Assembly (NCBI GenBank): GCA_965248535.1 | Contig: CBDFJR010000002.1 | Location: 928,001 to 992,000, forward strand | Reading direction: 5' to 3' | DNA from: Phormidesmis sp. | GTDB taxonomy: Bacteria > Cyanobacteriota > Cyanobacteriia > Leptolyngbyales > Leptolyngbyaceae | DNA: 64,000 nucleotides | Shown here: piece by piece, positions 1 to 8,938 of the stretch | Position numbering within the stretch: position 1 is the first letter of the stretch | Layout: each line of letters starts with the position of its first letter | The notes under the pieces: generated by a model | Database searches by the model: none | What the model was told of the DNA's origin: nothing | Seen by the model: the letters and a program-made list of their open reading frames with translations, nothing else | Made by a program: the position numbers and the translations under genes

Positions 1-929
1 GGTTGCAGCATAAAACTAATCCAAGCATAGGCTGCATCTGGGTTAGGAGCCGTTTTAGGAATCACCATCGTATCGCTCCATAAAGAGGTGCCACTGGCTG
101 GGATCACGTAGTTGAGCTTGGGATTTTGAGTCATGACGGTGACCGCATCGGCCGAATAGCCCATCGCGATCGTCAAATCGCCCGCCAATAGCTGATCGCG
201 CCATGCGTCGGTGGTAAACGTCGTAATCGCGGGTTTAAGCTCTTGCAGCTTTTCATAGGCTCGCTTGATCTGCTGGGGATCGGTGGCGTTATAGGAATAG
301 CCCAGCGATCGTAGCACTGCCCCCATCACCTCTCGCACATCGTCCATCAAGGTCAAGCGGCGCGTCAGTTTATCTTTGTGCTTCCAGAGATAGTCCCAAT
401 CGGTGGGCGGCTCGGTCAATTTTTCACGGTTGTAGATTAGCCCAGTCGTGCCCCAACTCACCGGGACGCTGAAGCGATTGCCCCGATCGTGGACAGACTG
501 CTGAAATCTCGGCAAAATGTTGCGAAGCCCATCTAGACGCGAATGGTCTAACTCGCTCAAATAGCCCAATTTCACCATCTGAGACACTTTATAATCTGAT
601 GGGTAAATAATGCTGTAGGTTCCGGCTTTGCCCGCCTGAAAGGTCGCCAACATCGTCTCGTTAGAGTCAAACACATCCGCGATCACTTTGATGCCCGTCT
701 GCGATCGAAATGCATCAACCAAATCTTGATCGACATAATTTGACCAAGTGTAAATATGCAGTTCGTCTGCCGCTCCACGCCGCACTTGGTCGGTTTGCAC
801 CTTGGCCAACGTCCAGCCACAGCTTGAGAGTGCCACGCCTGACAACCCCGCGATCGAGGTCTGCAAAAACCGCCGCCTTGATTGAGAGGCATGAAGAGGG
901 CGAGTTGAAAAATCAGGCATAAGATTCAT
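1..929 (-). CDS. potD: Spermidine/putrescine ABC transporter substrate-binding protein (3' end outside window)
   Basis: Manual translation from ATG at 929: MNLMPDFSTRPLHASQSRRRFLQTSIAGLSGVALSSCGW...ELHIYTWSNYVD...FSVPVSWGTTGLIYN; ATGA overlap with the potA stop; not in the ORF track because it runs off the window. Confidence 0.9.
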   Translation of the reverse strand, partial: MNLMPDFSTRPLHASQSRRRFLQTSIAGLSGVALSSCGWTLAKVQTDQVRRGAADELHIYTWSNYVDQDLVDAFRSQTGIKVIADVFDSNETMLATFQAGKAGTYSIIYPSDYKVSQMVKLGYLSELDHSRLDGLRNILPRFQQSVHDRGNRFSVPVSWGTTGLIYNREKLTEPPTDWDYLWKHKDKLTRRLTLMDDVREVMGAVLRSLGYSYNATDPQQIKRAYEKLQELKPAITTFTTDAWRDQLLAGDLTIAMGYSADAVTVMTQNPKLNYVIPASGTSLWSDTMVIPKTAPNPDAAYAWISFMLQ

Positions 930-2053
930 TCGGGTAAGGCCAGACAATCATCTGCGCCCCAGTGCAAATAAATCGGCGTATCGCTACTAGGAGCGTTAAG
1001 CGCGTTAGGTTGCCGAACAGTTAGCTGATCGCCCGATCGTAGCTGCACCACATAGTGAACATGAGTGCCCAGATACATGACGTGCTTGAGCCGCCCTTCA
1101 AAGCAGTTAATCGTGTCATCGGGGGGCGAAAAGCTGACCTGCACCTTTTCGGGGCGCACACTCACGACCACAGCCCCCGATGTGAGCGGCAACCCACTGC
1201 TGTCGGTCGGCTGCACCTTAATTTTTAACCCCTTATCGGTGATGATCCACAGCATGGTAGGGTGAGCACCCTCAATTTTGCCGCGAAATAAATTAGTGTC
1301 TCCGATAAAGTCAGCCACGAAGGGCGTTTGAGGACGATCGTAGATCTGGCTGGGCGTGCCCATTTGCTCGACTTTGCCCTCGACCATAACAGCGATGCGA
1401 TCGGACAGACTCAGCGCCTCTTCTTGATCGTGCGTCACCATCACAAAAGTCACGCCCAATTCTTGATGCAAATTTGATAACTCGACCTGCATTTCTTTGC
1501 GGAGCTTGAGATCCAGTGCTCCTAGAGGCTCGTCTAACAAGACGACAGTCGGACGGTTGACCAGCGCTCGTGCTAAGGCGACGCGCTGCTGCTGCCCCCC
1601 CGACAGTTGAGCCGGAAAGCGGTTAGAAAACCCATCCATTTTCACCAGCTTTAGCGCTTCTTTGACGCGCTCTTGCATCTCTGCCTTGCCGCGTTTTTTG
1701 ATGCGTAGCCCAAAGGCGACGTTTTCCCACACGGTCAAATGGCTAAAGAGAGCATAGTTTTGAAAAACCGTGTTAGCCGGGCGGCGATAGGGCGGCACAT
1801 TGAGCATCGACTGTCCGCGAATCAGCACATCACCAGCCGTAGGGGTTTCAAACCCGGCAATCAACCGCAGCGTGGTGGTTTTGCCACACCCAGACGGGCC
1901 GAGAATGCTAAAGAATTCGCCGCGTTGAATGCTGAGATCAACGCCTCTAACGACCGTATCTCCATTGAACACTTTGAATACTTTCCGCAGTTCAACATCA
2001 AACCCTACCTGGGTGCCTGTGGTTTGCTGATTCTGCGTTGCCGTCTGAGACAT
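926..2053 (-). CDS. potA: Spermidine/putrescine ABC transporter ATP-binding protein
   Basis: Walker A GPSGCGKT, signature LSGGQQQRVALARAL, Walker B LLLDEP-like VLLDEP, C-terminal TOBE-like region; directly upstream of potD. Confidence 0.92.
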   Translation of the reverse strand: MSQTATQNQQTTGTQVGFDVELRKVFKVFNGDTVVRGVDLSIQRGEFFSILGPSGCGKTTTLRLIAGFETPTAGDVLIRGQSMLNVPPYRRPANTVFQNYALFSHLTVWENVAFGLRIKKRGKAEMQERVKEALKLVKMDGFSNRFPAQLSGGQQQRVALARALVNRPTVVLLDEPLGALDLKLRKEMQVELSNLHQELGVTFVMVTHDQEEALSLSDRIAVMVEGKVEQMGTPSQIYDRPQTPFVADFIGDTNLFRGKIEGAHPTMLWIITDKGLKIKVQPTDSSGLPLTSGAVVVSVRPEKVQVSFSPPDDTINCFEGRLKHVMYLGTHVHYVVQLRSGDQLTVRQPNALNAPSSDTPIYLHWGADDCLALPE

Positions 2054-2360
2054 AGTGACGATTTCCTACGGTAGTTCCCGGTCTGCACCGAAAGTATCTT
2101 GCCTGATCCCCGATGAAAATGTTAGATCTAACGTCTGGTCTATCTTACTCGCCTATTTTGGAGTCAGTAAGGGAGATTGTTCGCCTGTTAACGTTCAGGT
2201 AAAGTTATGCAACGAATGATCACAAAACTGTCATCATAAATGGTTAGGTTAGCCTAGATTGCCCATCTCGATCGTTGAATTCCCCACTTAGATTAATCGA
2301 TCTTTATCGCATCTGAACTTTTTTTGTTTACGCTCACCTTAGAGATGTCTGCGGTCAATT

Positions 2361-4184
2361 ATGGCTTTGATTCAATCGCCTCCCACTACGATCGCTCATC
2401 AAAAACACGCCCGTAGTGTCGGCCGCAAAAACCAGGCCCTAACGCTGATGCTAGGAGTCGCTGCCATCTTATTAGGTGGGTTAGGGGGTCGCCTGGCTTA
2501 TCTTCAGCTAATGCAGGGCACCCAAAATCGAGAACTGGCAGAAAGTAATCGGATTCGACTGCTGCCCAAACAGCCAGAGCGCGGCAAGATTCTTGATCGT
2601 AAGGGCAAAATTCTGGCGGGCAGTCGCCTGTCTCACTCGGTCTTTTTGTGGCCGCTGGCTCAAAAGAAAGCTGAGTGGAGCCGAACCCTAAAGCACGTCT
2701 CGCAAATTCTCAATATTCCCGTCGTTGACATTCAAAAGCGCCTAGAGCAAGAAGGCTATAACTCCCCCTACCGAGTGCGAATTGCCCGCAGCATCAGCCC
2801 TCAAAAGGTGACGGCTCTGGCTGAAAACATCGGCGAATTAGACGGGGTGCAGGTCGATGCAGAGGCCGTGCGGAACTATCCCAATGGTGATCTGGCCGCG
2901 CACGTCTTGGGCTACACCGGAGAACTGACCGACGAAGATTTTAAGAAATATCACAAAGACCACTATCGTCTGGGGGATGTGATCGGGCAGATGGGCATTG
3001 AGTCATCGCGTGAGCAAGAGCTTCGGGGTGAGTGGGGCGGTCAACAGGTCGAAGTGGATGGGGCTGGCAACGTCGTCAAGATTTTAGGCGAAAAGCAGAC
3101 TCACGCAGGCAAAGATGTGACACTGACGATCGACCTCGATCTGCAAAAAGCGGCTGAGACGGCCCTAGGCAATCGCAAAGGCTCGATCGTGGCGATCGAC
3201 CCCAACAATGGCGCAATTTTGGCGATGGTTAGCCGTCCGGCGTTTGACCCTAACTTATTCTCAACGCGCATCTCAGAAAAGCAGTGGGCGCAGTTGCAGA
3301 GTGAAGACCATCCCTTTGTCAATCGGGCGTTGCAGGGCTATCCGCCTGCGAGCACCTTTAAGATTGTCACCACCACCGCAGGTCTTGAGTCAGGGAAGTT
3401 TTCGCCCGACACGGTGCTAGCTACGTCGGCATCCATTCGCGTTGGCGGCATTGATTTTGGCGACTGGAATCATGCAGGCTTTGGCCCTCAAGGATTTGTG
3501 GGCGCGCTCACTTGGAGTAGCGACACTTTTTTCTACCAGATCGGCATGGGCGTGGGTGACCAAACCCTGATTCAGTGGACTCGGCGCTTTGGGTTTGGGC
3601 AAAAAACGGGCGTAGAGCTAGGCAATGAAGAAGCCGCAGGTCTAGTGCCCGACAATGAATGGAAGCAAAAAGAAGTCAAGGAAAGCTGGTTTTTGGGCGA
3701 CACGGTGAATATGTCGATCGGGCAAGGTTTTTTGCAATGCACCCCTCTCCAAGTCGCGGGAATGTTTGCCATTGCGGCCAATGGCGGCTATCGCGTCAAG
3801 CTGCATCTGCTCAAAGACAACGAGGCGGCTCAACACTGGCGCGAGTCTCTCAACCTCAAGCCCGAAACCGTGCGGATTTTGCACGAGGGGCTGCGGGGCG
3901 TGGTGAATGGGGGCACGGCAACGGCGGCGTTTAGTGGCACCGATTTGGCGATCGCTGGCAAAAGTGGCACCGCCGAAGATTTTGGACGCGAATCTCACAC
4001 CTGGTTTGGCTCGTTCTCGCCCGTCGATAAACCTCAAATTGTGGTGGTTGCCTTTGGCGAAAACTCTGGCGGCGGGGGCGGCTCGTTTGCGGCTCCGATG
4101 GTGCGACAGGTGTTAGAAGCCTATTTTCACCCTGATAAAGCGCAGAAAAAACAGTCCGACGTGGTGGCTGCACCGAGGGATTAA
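2361..4184 (+). CDS. mrdA: Penicillin-binding protein 2 (class B transpeptidase)
   Basis: N-terminal TM, RGKILDRKG dimerisation motif, SxxK (STFK), SSD at the SxN position, KSGTAE. Confidence 0.92.
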   Translation: MALIQSPPTTIAHQKHARSVGRKNQALTLMLGVAAILLGGLGGRLAYLQLMQGTQNRELAESNRIRLLPKQPERGKILDRKGKILAGSRLSHSVFLWPLAQKKAEWSRTLKHVSQILNIPVVDIQKRLEQEGYNSPYRVRIARSISPQKVTALAENIGELDGVQVDAEAVRNYPNGDLAAHVLGYTGELTDEDFKKYHKDHYRLGDVIGQMGIESSREQELRGEWGGQQVEVDGAGNVVKILGEKQTHAGKDVTLTIDLDLQKAAETALGNRKGSIVAIDPNNGAILAMVSRPAFDPNLFSTRISEKQWAQLQSEDHPFVNRALQGYPPASTFKIVTTTAGLESGKFSPDTVLATSASIRVGGIDFGDWNHAGFGPQGFVGALTWSSDTFFYQIGMGVGDQTLIQWTRRFGFGQKTGVELGNEEAAGLVPDNEWKQKEVKESWFLGDTVNMSIGQGFLQCTPLQVAGMFAIAANGGYRVKLHLLKDNEAAQHWRESLNLKPETVRILHEGLRGVVNGGTATAAFSGTDLAIAGKSGTAEDFGRESHTWFGSFSPVDKPQIVVVAFGENSGGGGGSFAAPMVRQVLEAYFHPDKAQKKQSDVVAAPRD

Positions 4185-4220
4185 AAGGATCAATCCATGC
4201 CTCTACGGAGTTCCCGGTGC

Positions 4221-4529
4221 TTATTTGACTGGGAGAAACGGAAAGAATGTCTTGACGAATTTTCTGAGACGCAGCAGCCCGATCGTCTTTCTCACTTTTG
4301 GCGAGAGTTCGGGCTGGATGGGTGGCCCTATTTGCAGTTCGGCTTGCAGGTCAGCATAGTCGGCAGCCGTTAGGGGTTTGCCATCGATCGGCGATCGGGC
4401 TTCGGTGATAATCTCCGATCTCAGCACCTCTTCGGGCGGGTCATCAGCCGGAGGCAGCGCCAAAGCCGCCAGCGAGTAGAAGGGCGACGAAAGCAGGAGC
4501 AGGCTGAGAATTTGAACCGGTTTCGTCAT
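4221..4529 (-). CDS. Conserved cyanobacterial hypothetical protein with signal peptide
   Basis: Hydrophobic N-terminus; PEEVLRSEIITEARSPIDGKPLTAADYA motif; co-oriented downstream of the GST gene. Confidence 0.65.
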   Translation of the reverse strand: MTKPVQILSLLLLSSPFYSLAALALPPADDPPEEVLRSEIITEARSPIDGKPLTAADYADLQAELQIGPPIQPELSPKVRKTIGLLRLRKFVKTFFPFLPVK

Positions 4530-4566
4530 AGACGGCTGCGGAATTCAACGTCTCTACTATACCCGT

Positions 4567-5247
4567 TCAGGCTGGCTCTAAGCCCGGTGGCAATGGCTCT
4601 TGACAGGTTTGATGGACTTCGACCAGACGTTTGAACAGCCAGGGATAATTTTTTTGATAACTGGAAATTCGGGCCAGGGGACTGAGCAACGCCGCCGCCG
4701 CAATATCTGCCACACTTAAGCGATCGCCTACCAAAAAAGGCTGATCTTGCCAGCGCAGTCTCAACGCCTCTAAGCCAGTCACTAGACGCTTTTCGGCCAA
4801 CTCAACGCTGGCTGAATTAATGCGATATTGCCGCTTCACGACTTGAATCACCATCTGACTCATCAGCGATGGATCAAGGGATTTGCCCTCGCCCGATCGG
4901 AACTGATAATAGACAAATCGAGACGCAATGCCGAGACTTTCATCAAGCCAGTCTTCGAGCAGCCAAGCCTGCGATCGCTCCTCCGCATCTTTTGGAATCA
5001 GGGGCGGCTCAGGACAATAACTCTCTAGAAAGTGAAAAATTTGGGTCGAGTCGGCGATCGCCACGGGCTGTCCTTCAATCTGCGGCATCAACACCGGAAG
5101 GGTAGTCAATCCGCCTGTGAGGGGCTTGAGTTTGAGGGCGTGCAGTCCAGGCGTGAGATTTTCGACTTGATAGGGAATTTGCTTATAGCCCAGTGCCAAT
5201 CGAGCTTTGCGACAATAGTGAGACGTGCTGAATTGCAGAAGCAGCAT
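4567..5247 (-). CDS. Glutathione S-transferase family protein
   Basis: MLLLQFSTSHYCRKARLAL...TLPVL...IADSTQI and C-terminal FLVGDRLSVADIAAAALL; start moved to ATG 5247 because the track extension runs into the IS-derived element. Confidence 0.85.
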   Translation of the reverse strand: MLLLQFSTSHYCRKARLALGYKQIPYQVENLTPGLHALKLKPLTGGLTTLPVLMPQIEGQPVAIADSTQIFHFLESYCPEPPLIPKDAEERSQAWLLEDWLDESLGIASRFVYYQFRSGEGKSLDPSLMSQMVIQVVKRQYRINSASVELAEKRLVTGLEALRLRWQDQPFLVGDRLSVADIAAAALLSPLARISSYQKNYPWLFKRLVEVHQTCQEPLPPGLEPA

Positions 5248-5386
5248 AGGAATTAGAGATGCCAACGCGTTATTTTCTCGAAATGTCATGGAAATGGGAG
5301 AGCCTAAGAACCCGCAAAACCCATCGTGCTCTAGCCATGGGATGTAGCGGGTTCTCGCGCCTGCGACCGCAGGCAGAGTCAATCGT

Positions 5387-5395
5387 TGGTATAAT
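5387..5395 (+). promoter_or_regulatory. Extended -10 promoter inside the IS-derived element
   Basis: TGGTATAAT is a perfect TGn-TATAAT and lies directly upstream of the hairpin-rich RNA region. Confidence 0.6.
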
Positions 5396-5559
5396 CATAC
5401 TGTCAAGGTGAAACTCCTTTGCCGTCGTGAAACCGTTAAGACACACCTTCAGGCATCAAGTTAATAGGGCAAAGAGCGGCGAAAACTCTTAAAACAGTCA
5501 GGGATAGCAACGTCTTCCCAACACCAGAGAACCGAATATTGTTTGTGAGTCCGAAAACG

Positions 5560-5757
5560 TAAGGCGGGGCACGCCTAAACGCTAGGTTCGTATCCTAGTA
5601 CGCTTGGGGAGATCGACTCTCTGGGATTCGCTAAGTTAGACTCGTCAATTGGTGCCATGGCACGGTTGAAAGGTTTAAGCACTGCCGCAAGGATAGTGAA
5701 TTTTAAGGTCATTCGTAGAGCCAAGAATCCCACTCTCTTGAGAGGTGGGAGTGTCAA
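5560..5757 (+). ncRNA. TnpB omegaRNA (reRNA)-like scaffold
   Basis: Hairpin AGGCG-GGGCA-CGCCT, ACGCTTGGGGAGA, CTTGG..CCAAG pairing, terminal right-end hairpin and TCAA; matches 54691-54827 with compensatory changes. Confidence 0.65.
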
Positions 5758-5792
5758 TTTAAATGAGTGCCATTGAGTTGAGGGTTTTTGAC

Positions 5793-6518
5793 ATGACTCT
5801 TTCGATCGATCAACTCGATACTGAGCTTTTTTATCCTGACGCTGATGGTTTACCAATGGCAGAGAGCGACCCCGCCCGCGATTATCTCCTCTATGGGGTC
5901 GAAACTCTGAGCCTCTATTTTCAAGCCCGATCGGATGTCTATGTCTCTGGAAATCTATTTATCTACTACAAGCGAGGCGTGCCCGATGCGGTCGTTGCGC
6001 CCGATGTGTTTGTGATTTTTGGGGTCGAAAACAAAAAGCGCCGCAGCTATAAAGCCTGGGAAGAAGGCGGCAAATTGCCCGGCTTTGTGTTAGAAATCAC
6101 TTCTAAAACGACTCAAGAAAACGATGAAGTAGATAAGCCCAAAAAATATCAAAGTCTGGGAGTCACCGAATATTTTCAATATGACCCGACGGGAGATTAT
6201 TTGAGACCTCAGCTAAAAGGGGTGCGCCTGATTGAAAATCGCTATCAGCCGATCGAGGGTCATTTCTCAGATCAGACATTTTCACTGCACAGTCAAACGC
6301 TGGGGCTAGATCTGCGGCTCACCGATGGAGAACTGAGATTTTATGAGCCTGCAACCGATCGACGGCTCTTGAGTCACGCCGAGCTAGACGCAGCCCGACA
6401 GCAAGCCGAACAAGCTCAACAGCAAGCTGTTCCTCGATTGTTGGAGTTAGGGCTAACAGTAGAGCAGATTGCCGCAGCATTAAGCTTGTCTATTGAAGCA
6501 GTCAGACAAATTTCTTGA
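5793..6518 (+). CDS. Uma2 (DUF820) family putative endonuclease
   Basis: YPDADGLPMAES, VAPDVFVIFG, FVLEITS, GVTEYFQYDP motifs; C-terminal QQAEQA plus LGLTVEQIAAALSL tail; start ATG 5793 or 5763. Confidence 0.92.
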   Translation: MTLSIDQLDTELFYPDADGLPMAESDPARDYLLYGVETLSLYFQARSDVYVSGNLFIYYKRGVPDAVVAPDVFVIFGVENKKRRSYKAWEEGGKLPGFVLEITSKTTQENDEVDKPKKYQSLGVTEYFQYDPTGDYLRPQLKGVRLIENRYQPIEGHFSDQTFSLHSQTLGLDLRLTDGELRFYEPATDRRLLSHAELDAARQQAEQAQQQAVPRLLELGLTVEQIAAALSLSIEAVRQIS

Positions 6519-6535
6519 GCTAGATCGCTGGATAG

Positions 6536-6595
6536 TTGCATTCCAAACAATCTAACGCTATAGTCTAATCATTCGAGAATATCGAACTAACGAAT
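6536..6595 (+). promoter_or_regulatory. sigma70-type promoter overlapped by a palindromic operator
   Basis: TTGCAT(6536-6541)-N17-TATAGT(6559-6564), then ATTCG-N15-CGAAT (6571-6595) containing TTCGA-N5-TCGAA at the expected start site. Confidence 0.55.
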
Positions 6596-6748
6596 AACTG
6601 AGTCAAGAGCCGCCTCAACTACCCCAAAAATCGGTTCTAAGACAACTTGCTAGAAGACGGGTTTGACAGCGATCGCTACAACTTTACGTCGTGATGCCAG
6701 TCGCTCTCAGCTTCTAGCCTTCACCCCTACTTTCTCCTACAACCTTTT

Positions 6749-7837
6749 ATGGATCTCTTCACTCCCATTCAGCTAGGGCGATATACGCTCCCTAATCGCA
6801 TTATCATGGCACCTTTAACGCGTTGTCGTGCCGGAGCCGGAAATGTGCCCACGCTTTTGAACGTAGATTACTATGCTCAACGGGCATCGGCTGGGCTGAT
6901 TGTCAGCGAAGGCAGCCAGGTATCTCAGCAGGGTATGGGCTATCCGGCAACGCCAGGCATTTATTCGTCAGAGCAGATTGCTGGTTGGAAACTCGTAACC
7001 GATGCCGTGCATCAAAAGGGCGGACGAATTTTTCTGCAATTGTGGCACGTTGGCAGAAGTTCTCACTCGTCGTTTCAGCCAGGTGGCGCTTTGCCCGTTG
7101 CGCCGAGCGCGATCGCTATTGAGGGCGAGTTGCTCACCTATCAGGGCATGAAGCCCTATGAGACTCCTCGCGCCTTAGAGTTGTCTGAGATTCCTGGACT
7201 GGTTGAACAATTTCGTCAGGGGGCTGAAAACGCTCTGGCAGCAGGCTTTGACGGGGTTGAAATTCACGGGGCAAATGGCTATTTACTCGACCAGTTTTTG
7301 CGGGATGGAGCCAACAAACGCACCGATGAGTATGGAGGCGCGATCGCCAACCGCGCCCGTCTGCCGTTAGAAGTCACTGAAGCTGTGGTTGGCGTTTGGG
7401 GCAGCGATCGGGTGGGCATTCGCCTTTCGCCCAGCAGCACGTTTAACGGGATGTCTGACTCTAACCCCAAAGCGACATTTGGCTATTTGGTCGAGCAACT
7501 CAATCGCTTTAATCTGGCTTATCTGCACTTGTTAGAACCCAGCGAATCTGATTTGAGACATGGAGGAATTGCCGTTCCGACGATCTATTTCCGTCCTATT
7601 TATCAGGGAAATCTGATGGCAAATTGGGACTATGACCAGACCAAAGCCAATGACGCGATCGCCAGTGGCAACGCGGATCTAATCTCCTTCGGCAAAGCGT
7701 TTATCGCTAACCCAGATTTGCCAGAGCGCTTTAAGCTCAATGCACCCTTGAATCCGCCCAACCCAGACACGTTTTATGGCGGTGCTGAACACGGTTACAC
7801 CGATTATCCAACCCTTAAAGAACTGCAAACGGCTTAA
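6749..7837 (+). CDS. nemA: Old yellow enzyme / N-ethylmaleimide (alkene) reductase
   Basis: NRIIMAPLTRCRA, QLWHVGR, GFDGVEIHGANGYLLDQFL, NPDLPERF, GYTDYP. Confidence 0.92.
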   Translation: MDLFTPIQLGRYTLPNRIIMAPLTRCRAGAGNVPTLLNVDYYAQRASAGLIVSEGSQVSQQGMGYPATPGIYSSEQIAGWKLVTDAVHQKGGRIFLQLWHVGRSSHSSFQPGGALPVAPSAIAIEGELLTYQGMKPYETPRALELSEIPGLVEQFRQGAENALAAGFDGVEIHGANGYLLDQFLRDGANKRTDEYGGAIANRARLPLEVTEAVVGVWGSDRVGIRLSPSSTFNGMSDSNPKATFGYLVEQLNRFNLAYLHLLEPSESDLRHGGIAVPTIYFRPIYQGNLMANWDYDQTKANDAIASGNADLISFGKAFIANPDLPERFKLNAPLNPPNPDTFYGGAEHGYTDYPTLKELQTA

Positions 7838-7895
7838 GTCGCCGCGTGTAGGCAACCACACTTTGTTGAACTTGTAAAATCAGGAGCACCTATCC

Positions 7896-8594
7896 ATGAT
7901 TGAACTTTATTATTGGACAACGCCCAACGGTCACAAAGTCACGATGTTTTTAGAAGAGGCTGAGTTGCCCTATACGATCGTGCCTGTCAACATCGGCGCG
8001 GGCGATCAGTTTAAGCCTGAGTTTCTCAAAATTGCGCCCAATAATCGGATTCCGGCGATCGTCGATCATGCTCCGACGGCCGGGGGCGATCCGATCTCGG
8101 TGTTTGAGTCGGGGGCAATCTTACTCTACCTGGCAGAAAAAACAGGAAAGCTGATTCCATCCGAAATCCGGGGTCGAGTTGAGGTGTTGCAGTGGTTGTT
8201 TTGGCAGATGGGCGGTTTGGGGCCGATGGCCGGACAAAACCATCACTTTAGTCAATATGCGCCCGAAAAAATTCCCTATGCGATCGAGCGCTATGTCAAA
8301 GAGACGGGACGGCTGTATGCCGTGCTCAACCAGCGATTAGCCGAGCGTGAATTTGTCGCAGGTGAGTATTCGATCGCCGACATCGCCGCCTATCCGTGGA
8401 TTGTGCCCCACAAGATTCAGGGTCAAACCTTAGACGATTTTCCCCATCTCAAGCGCTGGTTTGAGGCGATTCAGTCTCGCCCGGCAACGATACGGGCTTA
8501 TGAAAAAGCTGAAGCGTTTAAAAATCAGCAGGTAGATATGGAAAAAGCGCGATCGCTGTTGTTCAACCAATCGGCAACAACGATTCAAAAATGA
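7896..8594 (+). CDS. Nu-class GST / GSH-dependent disulfide oxidoreductase (YfcG-like)
   Basis: MIELYYWTTPNGHK, PNNRIPAIVD, FESGAILLYLAEK, WQMGGLGPMAGQNHHF. Confidence 0.9.
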   Translation: MIELYYWTTPNGHKVTMFLEEAELPYTIVPVNIGAGDQFKPEFLKIAPNNRIPAIVDHAPTAGGDPISVFESGAILLYLAEKTGKLIPSEIRGRVEVLQWLFWQMGGLGPMAGQNHHFSQYAPEKIPYAIERYVKETGRLYAVLNQRLAEREFVAGEYSIADIAAYPWIVPHKIQGQTLDDFPHLKRWFEAIQSRPATIRAYEKAEAFKNQQVDMEKARSLLFNQSATTIQK

Positions 8595-8596
8595 AA

Positions 8597-8628
8597 CACG
8601 GGGGCGAATGGCATTTGCCCCCATACGT
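8597..8628. repeat. REP-like palindrome downstream of the GST gene
   Basis: GGGGGCGAATGGCATTTGCCCCC imperfect inverted repeat, similar to 56742-56769. Confidence 0.55.
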
Positions 8629-8938
8629 TGATCATGAAGAACCGTCGCTAAAAAAACGCAAGAATCAACACAAAGCACAAGAATCTATAAGTTGACAATG
8701 CTATAGGCTGAATCTCGTGACCGCTAAAAACCTAAAAGCGGGGTTGCGAGACGTTCTGATTAACATCGCTGCATGGGTGAGGAAATAAACTCTGACTCTA
8801 TGCAAAATAAAAGACTTGATTAATCAGTTAGAAATGGGATGATAACAGTTGAGAACTCCTGCAACGAACGCTACATTCTTGCTTTTGAACACTATGGTAT
8901 CCAAGATTACACATCTTGATTTAATGGAGTGGGCAACG

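Larger units (their letters stand above)
5300..5757 (+). mobile_element. Non-autonomous IS200/IS605-family element (left-end hairpin, omegaRNA, right end; no tnpA/tnpB)
   Basis: Left-end inverted repeat AGAACCCGC(5307-5315)/GCGGGTTCT(5347-5355) around CCCATCG..CATGGG; right end AAGAATCCCACTCTCTTGAGAGGTGGGAGTGTCAA ending 5757; core shared with 54691-54827. Confidence 0.75.

Noticed and set aside
5248..5382. N-terminal extension of the GST ORF in the track (start 5382)
   Set aside because: It runs through the IS-derived left-end hairpin; the GST fold begins at ATG 5247
5400..5757. Possible group I intron (IStron) in the hairpin-rich element
   Set aside because: GCGGCGAAAACTC faintly resembles a P element, but I could not find convincing R/S (P7) elements and the element is intergenic
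5575..5856. 93-aa minus-strand ORF
   Set aside because: Antisense to the omegaRNA and the uma2 start; no recognisable motifs
6614..6630. TCAACTACCCC, resembling the 5' end of IscB/HEARO RNAs
   Set aside because: The expected following hairpin and an iscB ORF are absent
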